DNA of 64,000 nucleotides from Eledone cirrhosa (taxonomy: Eukaryota), in the NCBI GenBank assembly GCA_964016885.1, contig OZ024741.1, positions 218,612,001 through 218,676,000 on the forward strand, written 5' to 3'. The notes beneath the pieces were generated by a model. That model was not told where the DNA came from and made no database searches. It was given only the letters and a program-made list of their open reading frames with translations. Each line of letters opens with the position of its first letter. The stretch's first letter is position 1. Positions 54,125 through 64,000 of the stretch are shown in pieces. A program made the position numbers and the translations under genes.

Positions 54125-54858
54125 CGTTTAGGATAGTCACAGTTATGCATTTTAGAAATAAAGGTGAGCCAAATTTAAAGGAAATATTCTTATAGATTTT
54201 AACCTGATAATTGAACAATTCAGGTGTAGAAATTTGCTGGGTATCTATTTGAAAAGGTTCTTAGCACTATCAGCTAGATTTTATATGTAATCCTGCCTAA
54301 CACACACACATTCATTTTATTAAGGGTAAATAGTAGGTCTTGTTACTCTAGTGTTTCCCCTGTTTATCACAGGATGATAAACAGGTGAAACTCCAGAGTA
54401 ACAAGACTCACTATTTTAGCCTTAATATAATGAATATATAAACTCTACTTCAGTATTCCATACTATTTCCTCTCAGCTATCAACTACATATATATATATA
54501 TGTCAGTGTGTGTGTGTGTGTGTTAAATTTATGGATTTGTGTGATAAACACACTAAACATGCTCGGTATTCAGGACTAATATTCTGTGTATAGAGTCAAT
54601 ATCGAACCATATACAATATTTATATGTACAATAAGTATACAGATAGCTTTACTGTGAATATATTACACTGCGATCAGATGACAGCTACCTCAGTATCTGT
54701 GTGAGAGAATTATGTACACATTTCAGCTTGTTTTGTAGCTGTGACATAATCACAGCTTAAAACATTCATACCAAGACTGTATGCATGTCTATTATACATA
54801 AATATAGTGTGTGTATATATATATATATATATACATATATATATACATATATATATAT

Positions 54859-55051
54859 ATAGGAACGAGTAGGACTCCGACGGCTGAGCTCAAGCCGTTT
54901 CGACGGCTAATTCTGGACTAAATTAGCCGTCAAAACGGCTTGAGCTCAGCCGTCGGGTCCTACTCATTCCTATTACCTACTCTACTACCCTAAGTATTGA
55001 GTACTTTGGTGCATTATGGTCCATCTGGTTCCTTACCACATTTCCTTCGTT
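54859..55051. mobile_element. Fold-back element (39231 family)
   Basis: Arms about 54859-54912 and 54921-54973; tail motif TTGAGTACT at 54997. Confidence 0.75.
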
Positions 55052-55066
55052 ATATATATATATATA

Positions 55067-55200
55067 TTGAAGAGGTAACTAGTCGAAACTGCTGAGGTCA
55101 TAGTTGATACTCTGTTTTTACTAATATACATGCTCTGCATCATACCATGTATTGAGTGCTTCTTTGATTTGTGCTCTTCCTGGTCACAGTACCACAGATT
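55067..55200 (+). mobile_element. Penelope-like 3' end truncated at the hammerhead core
   Basis: TGAAGA-GGTAACTAGTC-GAAAC-TGCTGAG-GTC, then TTGAGTGCT at 55152; (TA)n flanks. Confidence 0.5.
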
Positions 55201-55221
55201 ATTTATATATATATATATATA

Positions 55222-55710
55222 TATATTGTTATATTTGGGGAGGGTCATGTTGTTATATTTCCAGAAATATATAATTAAACACACTCACTGTTTGGTTTGG
55301 ATTGGTTTTCGCTTCTGTATATTTTATATCCCTATAGTTAATTTAGCTGGCAATCAATGTTTATCATTGATTGACAAACAGTTAAAAATGTATGTTTCCT
55401 CATGTATTACAATACAACAGGAAGAAACATAATAGTGCCATTGATGATGTCACAGGTGTGTGATGAAAGAACTTTGATAGATATATTTATATCTGTATTT
55501 TTAACCATTGGTCAATCAATGATGAACATTGATTGCCAGCTAAATTAACTATAGGGATATACAATATACAGAAGTGAGAACTAATCCAAACCAAATAGTG
55601 AGTGTGTTTTATTATATATTTCTGGCAATATTATAACAATATGACCCTCCCCAAATATAACAATATTTGTTTCAACTCACGATTTCATATAAAAAACCTT
55701 GCAAAACAAA
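55222..55710. mobile_element. Diverged fold-back element with an unpaired right tail
   Basis: About 55222-55389 is the imperfect reverse complement of about 55497-55666. Confidence 0.65.
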
Positions 55711-55908
55711 TATATATATATGTGTGTGTATGTAAGTGTGTGTATATATGTGTGTGTGTGTATATGTATGTATACAGCTCTATTTTGAACCACGCTGTGT
55801 TTGTGCCATTGCTAGAGTCAGTATGACAATTGGTATTAATGCTAACTGTTGTTTTCTGCTCCATTTTCACACTGCAAAATGTGTAAAGATCCCAGGAAGC
55901 ATGAGTCC

Positions 55909-56469
55909 GGTGTTGATTGAACGCCTGCCTAACACTAACTTCCCTCCAACTTTATAACAGCAGTAGTAGGTGTTGATTGAACGCCTGCCTAACACTAACT
56001 TCCCTCCAACTTTATAACAGCAGTAGTAGGTGTTGATTGAACGCCTGCCTAACACTAACTTCCCTCCAACTTTATAACAGCAGTAGTAGGTGTTGATTGA
56101 ACGCCTGCCTAACACTAACTTCCCTCCAACTTTATAACAGCAGTAGTAGGTGTTGATTGAACGCCTGCCTAACACTAACTTCCCTCCAACTTTATAACAG
56201 CAGTAGTAGGTGTTGATTGAACGCCTGCCTAACACTAACTTCCCTCCAACTTTATAACAGCAGTAGTAGGTGTTGATTGAACGCCTGCCTAACACTAACT
56301 TCCCTCCAACTTTATAACAGCAGTAGTAGGTGTTGATTGAACGCCTGCCTAACACTAACTTCCCTCCAACTTTATAACAGCAGTAGTAGGTGTTGATTGA
56401 ACGCCTGCCTAACACTAACTTCCCTCCAACTTTATAACAGCAGTAGTAGGTGTTGATTGAACGCCTGCC
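55909..56469. repeat. Perfect 60-bp tandem repeat, about 9.3 copies
   Basis: Identical unit GGTGTTGATTGAACGCCTGCCTAACACTAACTTCCCTCCAACTTTATAACAGCAGTAGTA. Confidence 0.95.
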
Positions 56470-57025
56470 ACTGCCATCATCACCTCTTTCAACACAGCAT
56501 CCCTCAGCATATTACTGTTATTTTTATTTCCTTGAGAGCCACCATCACCATTGACCAAACTCCAAAGAGGATGAAAGGCAAAAAAGATGAACACTTTGAT
56601 GAGTGGGGATTCGATTTTGGGACTCAAACATAAAAATTAAAGAAAATCCTACTGAATATTTCTAATTGAGGGCTTGACTTTTAACTCCATCATTTCTTTT
56701 TGGGGGACCAGCTTGATGTCTTTACAGGGTGGGGCTAAAACATAGGTCCAGTTGTTAACACCAATAAATCCTCAAAATGTATATAAAATAGTGAGCAGGG
56801 CAGTGCAGGACAAGGGCTAGGGGAGGGCACAGAAGGGGGAATGGGGTGCATCATATTTAAAACAACTGTACAGAATAATATACATACATGTATAATGTAT
56901 GTATACATATATATGTAATGTATATATATGCATATGTATATAAATACATATATACATATACACACACATATGTATATTCATATATATATAAATATATATA
57001 CATACATGTATGTATATGTGTATGC

Positions 57026-57056
<31 letters not shown>

Positions 57057-57494
57057 TATATATATACACATATATATATATATGTGTGTGTATAGTGAAT
57101 TAATAAGTTCCCAGCTGTATCACCAGATGACAGCATGTGGTAATACAAATGTCAGACAACTATAACAAGTAAAATATATATAAAATACCAGTTAACAAAT
57201 GGGGGAGTAAAAATACAAACAAACAATAAAATTAAAATATATAGATTGTGCTCCAAGCAGCTTGACCGGTTATCTAATTAGGTCTAATTAGTAAGGTTAG
57301 TTAATTGAAAACTATTAACTAGGCTAGTAAATGGATAGAAAATTTGGTGGTCATAATTCTAGATTTCTCGCAGATTCTACTGAAAAATGTTGCAACACAA
57401 ACAGATTTGACATGACAGGTTGGGTAATAATAATAATGACTTGTTTAAAATGAACAGAAAAAAAAACAAAATGAATAACCTTCTGTTGTAGCTC

Positions 57495-57820
57495 TAGTAG
57501 TAGTAGTAGATGTAGTAGTAGTAGATGTAGTAGCAGTAGTAGTAGATGTAGTAGTAGTAGTGGGAGTAGTAGATGTAGTAGTAGTAGTGGGAGTAGTAGA
57601 TGTAGTAGTAGTACTAGTGGGAGTAGTAGTAGTAATAGTGTGGTGATGGTGGTAGTTGTAGTAGTAATGGTAGTAGTGTGATACTGTTGGAAGTGGGAGT
57701 AGTACTGGTAGTAGTAGTGGTAGTAGAAGTAGTGGTGGTAGTAGTAATAGTAGTAGTAGTGGTGGTAGTAGTGGTGATAGTAGTAGTGGTAGTGGTGGTA
57801 GTAGTAGTAGTAGTAGTAGG
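57495..57820. repeat. (TAG/TGG)n low-complexity tract
   Basis: Mixed GTA/GTG trinucleotide repeats. Confidence 0.9.
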
Positions 57821-58123
57821 ACAGGAAATACTTGAGTAAAGATGTGTATGCGTGTATGTAAGTTAAGTGTGTGTGTGTATAGTTAAGTGTGTGTGTATGT
57901 AAGTTAAGTCTCCGAAAAATATATAATTATATATAGTTTGGAAATTGATGAAAGAATTGAAACCTAATCCTTCAAAGATCCAGAAGGGAGATAACCAATC
58001 CTTCAAAGATGAGGAAGGGAGGTAACCAATCCTTCAAAGATGAGAAAGGGTGTTAATGATGGTTTGAGATATATACTAACTATACATCTATACATGTGTA
58101 TATATACATGTTTATATATATAT

Positions 58124-58158
<35 letters not shown>

Positions 58159-58162
<4 letters not shown>

Positions 58163-58427
58163 AAAGAATAGAGGTGTAACACACGAGTTGTGATATATTG
58201 GTAAAAGGAAAAGAAAATGCTGACAAATTGTTCCCAGTGAAAAATAGTTTAATTAGTAATAAGTAAAAATTAGTAATAAGTATTGGTTAGTATTCAATTT
58301 TGGTTTTAAAACCAAAACTTTAAAACCAAAACTGAATACTAACCAATACTTATTACTAATTTTTACTTATTCCTAATTAAACTATTTTTCACTGGGAACA
58401 ATTTGTCAGCATTTTCTTTTCCTTTTA

Positions 58428-58436
<9 letters not shown>
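58159..58436. mobile_element. Near-perfect fold-back element with an unpaired left tail
   Basis: Arms about 58193-58311 and 58319-58436; tail 58159-58192; (TA)n flanks. Confidence 0.7.
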
Positions 58437-58494
<58 letters not shown>

Positions 58495-58764
58495 GTGGTG
58501 TTAGAAACATTAGAAAGTGAAGGCAGATGTGATAACAAAGCCTTATAGCCAATATATACATATCGTGTATATATACATATATATGTACATATTAAGTGTT
58601 TCCGTAGGAAAGGTAAAGGAAAGGAGAGTGTTCTATGTAGGTTACAGAGCTATTTAGTTATGTAATAAACAACATGATGAACGATTTCAGACGTCTGAGT
58701 CGAGCTCGTCTGTCTTCGTCAAACCTTTGGTAAATGAAATAATTGTCTTATGTTGTTTATTATA

Positions 58765-58799
<35 letters not shown>

Positions 58800-58815
58800 G
58801 TATATATACACACAC

Positions 58816-58891
<76 letters not shown>

Positions 58892-59040
58892 TCCTCCTCA
58901 TGATCATAACCTAACATCTGTTTTCCTTGCTATGTGTATGTCCCTTATATAGATATATCCAATAAATACCAGAGAAAATGTATTTCCAGTAACATTCTTG
59001 AAATATTTGAAACTAAACTAAAAGAATTATGCCATAAATG

Positions 59041-59072
<32 letters not shown>

Positions 59073-59090
59073 TATATATATATATATATG

Positions 59091-59132
<42 letters not shown>

Positions 59133-59325
59133 AAGAGAGAAAAAGATCTCAATTTTCCATGTTTTTATTTGTTTTTGTTTTGTATTTATAATTTTTTTTA
59201 AATTTTTCTAAATTTTATTTTATTTTTTATGTGTAATGCTTGAGTAAAAAATATATAAAAAAAAAACATCCGAATTCTAGTTGTATTAGTATTAATATTA
59301 TTATAATAATAATTATTATTATTAT

Positions 59326-59361
<36 letters not shown>

Positions 59362-59516
59362 AATGTGTAAAAAAGGGCTACAGGCTACGTACATACTATC
59401 AGGTAGGGAAAGAAAGATATGAAGTAAAACATAGGATAGAGGCTGGCTTGAATATGAAACCATGGAGAGAAAAGATGTATTTTCTGAGAAGATGGCCAAA
59501 TTTTTTTTTTCTTTAA

Positions 59517-59947
59517 CCCTTTAAGTACTGGTTATATGACACAGGTATGTTTTATTTTAACCTGTTTATATTTATCTAAAAAACTTTCCATCATAATTTT
59601 ATGTAAGAACCTTTTTTAAGTTATGTTCCAAATATCAGCTTCATAACAAGTTAATTATATTACTCAATTCCTCTACATATTGGATTATTTTTCAAAATTA
59701 TTTGAAAATCATAGGCAGTATATCCCATTAAACATATGGTAACAAAAGGGTTAAAATGTTTAATATTTATCTAAGAACCTTCCATCATAATTTTATGTAA
59801 GAACTTCTGTTAAGTTATGTTCCAAACACCAGCTTAATAATGAGAAAGTTAGTTATATTACTTAATCCCTCCAAATTTTTCAATATTTTCAAGATTATTT
59901 GAAAATCGTAGGCAGTGTCTTGCATTAGGAATATGGTAATGAAAGGG
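59517..59947. mobile_element. piggyBac-like MITE with a duplicated right part
   Basis: TTAA|CCCTTT start and AAAGGG|TTAA ends at 59750 and 59947. 59570-59754 is repeated at 59765-59951. A related reverse-oriented duplicated remnant lies at about 37408-37800. Confidence 0.6.
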
Positions 59948-61157
59948 TTAAATACCATATTTTCCGGAATATAAGTTGCACCAATGTTGTATAAGACGCA
60001 CCAAAATTTTGTGAAAAGAAATTTGGAGAAAACTTATTGTCATGTCTAATATTATTTTTATTCTGTAAATAATGATGTAGAAGGATTTTAACATCGAATT
60101 CTGTGAATAAAAATGTGCGCCTTATACACCAAAAAATATGGTAAGTTAAGTAACAACTTTGTTGTAGAGAGGCAAAGAATGGCAGTACTTGGTTACTAGT
60201 CCTTCATTGATATCTTTAATTCAGTATCATTTGTCAATAAAATAAAGTACCAATCAAGTATTGGGTCGATATAATCGACTTTCCCATCACATGAATTGCT
60301 GGGCTTGTGCCAAAATTAGATTCCTTTAATTCAGTAACATCTCTTAATAAAATAAAGAACCAAAGTACCAGTCAAATACTGGGGCTGATATAATCAACTT
60401 TCGATTCACTTAAATTGCTGGGCTTAGGAATCATTATTTTAGCATCATTTATTTAAAAAAAACGAGAAAGAGAGAGAGATAAAGGGGTGAGAGGCCATCT
60501 TGTTTAAGCTTATGTTTTAGAAGACATACGTTGTGAATATGAATATGAAAGTTCTCTCCATGTTTCTGCTACGTCCACTCCAGTTCCTTTAAAGTAATAG
60601 TTGTCAAAGTAGTGGTTTTAAACTGACCAATGGTCAGGGGAAAAAATGGGCACAACTGTTGTAAGCATTCAGTTCTTTTCTTTTATTCTTCTTCTTCTTC
60701 TTCTCTCTGCATGTGTCTATGTGTGTGAGTATGTGTGTTTGCGTGTGTGTGTGTAGATAAATGCCAGTGGGAGAGTGTTCATATATTTGTGAATGCGTGT
60801 GCATCTGTGTAATAGTTGTCATAGAAAGTATGTGTATATGTGGTATATGTGTGTATAGAGAGAGAGAGAGAAGTTTTTCTGAGTAGATATGTTTGTGTGG
60901 GGTGTATATATGAATGGCAACAGAAGTGTGTTTATATATTGGTGTGTATATATATATATGTAGATATATATATGTATATATACACACATATATGTATCTG
61001 CAAGAAATGTGCCACAACAGTCTTGAAAGGAAAAAAAAAACAAAGAAAATAACATGAAGGATTCTGAAGAAGAACAAAAAAGAATTTCTTTTCTTTTCTT
61101 TTTTTTGGGAAATAAAATAAAAAGTAATAATAAAAAAAAAACAAACAAACAAACAAA

Positions 61158-61303
61158 TTAGTGCTGTGCCACTCTTGGAGGACTTGTTGAATAAATTCCT
61201 CTCGGTTGGTCTGCTTCTTCCATAGACATACTACGGTTACGTTGTTGGATTGGTCCGTCCTGGGAGGCGGAACGTTGAACACGGGGCATTGGTACACTGC
61301 CCA
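61158..61303 (-). CDS. Terminal coding exon of a - strand host gene, probably NDRG family (alpha/beta-hydrolase fold) C-terminal tail
   Basis: Acceptor gttctctcttatttcag|, then xGSVPMPRVQRSASQDGPIQQRNRSMSMEEADQPRGIYSTSPPRVAQH*, in non-repetitive sequence. The SVP..RSxS..RSxSMEExDxP pattern resembles invertebrate NDRG tails as I recall them; this is not verified. Confidence 0.6.
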
Positions 61304-61364
61304 CTGAAATAAGAGAGAACACAGCTTTAGAAATTAATACAACTGTAAGATTTGTGGACATTGC

Positions 61365-61760
61365 CTGGTCAAATGGTCAAATTGTCCAATAACTAAATGG
61401 TCAAATTGTCTAATAGCCAAATGGTCAAATGGTCAAATTGTCTAATAGCCAAATGGTCAAATTGTCCAGTAGCCAAATGGTCAAATAGTTAAATTCTCCA
61501 ATAGCTAAATGGTGAAATGGTTAAATTGTCCAATAGTCAAATTGCCAAATCGACAAATTGCCAAATAGACAAATGGTCAAATAGCCAAATGGTCATATAG
61601 TAAAATGGTCAAATAGTTAAATGGCCAAATAGTCAAATTGCCAAATAGCCAAGTCGCTAAATGGTCAGATAGTCAAATGGCTAAATAGTCAAATGGCCAA
61701 ATAGTCAAATGGCCAAATGGTCAAATGGTCAAATAACCAAATGGCCAAAAGTTCCAATGG
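61365..61760. repeat. Short-period tandem repeat (CAAAT[G/A]G[T/C])n in an intron
   Basis: Repeating 8-nt CAAATGGT / CAAATAGC / CAAATTGT units. Confidence 0.85.
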
Positions 61761-62029
61761 CTGAATATTTAGGAAGTTCTCTTCACAATCACTGCGTTTC
61801 AGGTTTGATTCCACTGTGTGACATCTTGAGCAAGTGTCATTTACCATAGCTCCATGTTGACTCATGCTTGTTAGTCAAATTGGGTAGACAGAAACTGTCT
61901 GGAAGCCCATCAGATGAACTGTAGTTGAAATTCAAAGGGCCAGCCTTGTCACATAGACTATGTCATGCTAAATCTCTTTGAGAATTACACCAAGGGTACA
62001 CATGTTTGTGGAATACCCAACTACTTAAA

Positions 62030-63247
62030 TTATACCAGTTTCTGATTTAGGCATAAGGTCAACAATATTTGAGGAGGAGGGAAAATCAATTAAATTGACC
62101 CCAGTGAGTTACTGGTATTTTATCGACCCCGTAAAGCGGGATTTGAACTCAGAACATGATGGACCTGTAGAAATACTGCAAAGCATTTTGTCTGACACGG
62201 TAATGTTTCTGTAAATTCACATTTACACTATGATACAAGGTGGACTTGTACCTGTAATTCAAAAGGCCAGCTTTATTACATACTCTGTAATTCTGAATCT
62301 CCCTGAGAATTACATTAAGGATACATGTGTTTGTTGAATACTCAGCTACGTATGCTATAATTGTTTCTACTTTTGGCACAAGGCAAACAATTATCCCAGT
62401 ACATTACTGGTACTTTATTTTATCGTCCCTGTAAGGATGAAAGGCAAAGTTAACCTCAGTGGGATTTGAACTCAGACTGTAAAGGGACGTAACTCTATGC
62501 TACAAAGCATGGTGTCTGACCCTCTACCGATACTGCCAATAAGGTGGACTGTACCTGAAATGCAAAGAGCCAGCCTTGATAGACACTGTGTCATGTTGAA
62601 TCTCCCTGAGAATTACATTAAAGGTACGTGTGTCGGAACCTTGTAACCACAGTGTTCTACAGTAAAAGACAGCAAAAGGCTAGTAATCTAGAGGAGGGAG
62701 TGGAAAGTTGATTAAATGGACACCAGTACATGACTGGTACTTTATTCTGTGAACCCTTGAAAGTATGAAAGGCATAGTTGACCATGGTAGTATTTGAACT
62801 CAGAATATAATGAGGTGTAACAAAACCTGCCATAATAATGGTTTCTCATTTAGACACAAGTCCAGCAATTTCATTGGGGGAGGGGAAAAGTCAATTAAAT
62901 CAACCCCAGTGCATTACTGGTACTTTATTTTATCGACTTTGTAAGGATGAAAGGCAAAGCTAACATCGGCAGGATTTGAACTCAGAACGTAAAAGGTCGT
63001 AACTCTATGTTGCAAAGCATGTAGTCTGACGCTCTACCGATTCTGCCAATCCACCACCCTCTGCAAAAATAATTGTTTCTACATTTGGCACAACGCCAGC
63101 AATTACCCAGTGCATTACTGGTACTTTATTTTATCGACTCCGTAACGATGAACGGCAAAGTTAACCTCGGTGGGATTTGAATTCAGAATGGCAAGGGCCG
63201 TAACTCTGTGTCAAAGCATGGCGTCCGACCCTCTACTGAGACTGCCA
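62030..63247 (-). mobile_element. Cluster of five Nin/Deu-like SINEs
   Basis: CTGGTACTTTATTTTATCGAC..GATGAAAGGCAAAG..GGATTTGAACTCAG modules at about 62030-62210, 62358-62540, 62690-62830, 62832-63060 and 63068-63247. Confidence 0.8.
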
Positions 63248-63387
63248 AAATAATGGTAGACAAATCAACTTACTCATTCCTAGTCCTTGTACCATATACA
63301 AGAAACTTTCAGCAAATTCTTCAGGCTAAAATAGAAATAGAAATGTAAGTATCAGGGCTTTCTATAAATTCATTGTTTAATTCATTA

Positions 63388-63673
63388 GCATAAGAGGGAT
63401 AAGTTGTATGTAGTGAGCGGCAGAGAAGACTGCGATGGTATGGACATGTGATGTGCATGGAGGATGACCGCTGTGTAAAGAAGTGCCAAGAAATCCTAGT
63501 AGAAGGAAGACACAGTAGAGGAAGACCACGAAAAACATGAGCAGACCTCAGATCGCTGAAGCTCACGGAGGAGATGACGAAGGCCCATGACAAATGGAGA
63601 GATGCTGTGCTGAATAGGACCCATCCCACCCTTGCAAGCAGGGAAAAGCGAATGTAAAATGATGATGATGATG
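63388..63673 (+). mobile_element. 5'-truncated RTE 3' end with (GAT)n tail
   Basis: Matches 52672-52975 and the reverse complement of 24061-24358. Confidence 0.85.
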
Positions 63674-64000
63674 AAACACCTTTTAACATATTTTTACAAT
63701 ATCAACATGCATGTTATAGGTGTGCTACACAATACATTCAAGTTTATCTGTTAAGATAATCAACATCTTTTAGCATCTTTTTACAATGGGTTTTATAAAT
63801 AATCTTCTTTACCCACTTTTTTCTGAGAGGGTTGTGGGTGCAGAATCCTCGACTACTCCTTCCAGCAGGTTCTGTAAGAAGCAATTGTTTCCAACTGATC
63901 TGGTTAGATCCCCACATAAGACCAGCCAAGCAAATGGATGTTATTCAACCAGCTTGCTTGGGGGGTCTACTCCTAGGTCTCCTGCTGGCTGGGTTTTGCC

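Noticed and set aside
55909-56469. CRISPR-like array (21-bp repeat plus 39-bp spacer)
   Set aside because: The putative spacers are all identical, the context is eukaryotic and there are no cas genes. It is a simple tandem repeat.
58676-58725. Possible - strand hammerhead (TTGACGA-AGAC..GTCT-GAAAT)
   Set aside because: The core C is mutated and no stem I pairing was found; too degenerate to call.

Overview
This is eukaryotic, AT-rich, repeat-dense animal DNA. It is most likely a cephalopod such as Octopus; I infer this from the tRNA-derived SINE families, RTE LINEs with (GAT)n tails and very abundant (TA)n. Almost all entries in the ORF track are artefacts of simple repeats or retroelement antisense frames. 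Two host genes converge in the window. On the + strand are the last two coding exons of a divergent heterotrimeric G-protein alpha subunit (16870-17023 and 24856-25040, ending KCGTF). On the - strand is the terminal exon of a probable NDRG-family gene (61303-61158). Also present are a 14.5-kb 27-bp minisatellite, a 5'-truncated RTE LINE with an open 816-aa ORF carrying a PHD-like finger, two twin-priming-type inverted RTE insertions, CR1 and Helitron remnants, many SINEs and several MITEs. The most striking signal is about 20 short fold-back (long inverted repeat) insertions sitting in or beside (TA)n microsatellites. They have an unpaired one-sided tail that shares a TTGAGTRCT motif across unrelated families, and many contain type I hammerhead ribozyme folds. 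One copy (28409-29700) still carries the C-terminus of a GIY-YIG-like endonuclease, which ties the set to Penelope-like retroelements. Repeat boundaries were read by eye and are approximate.
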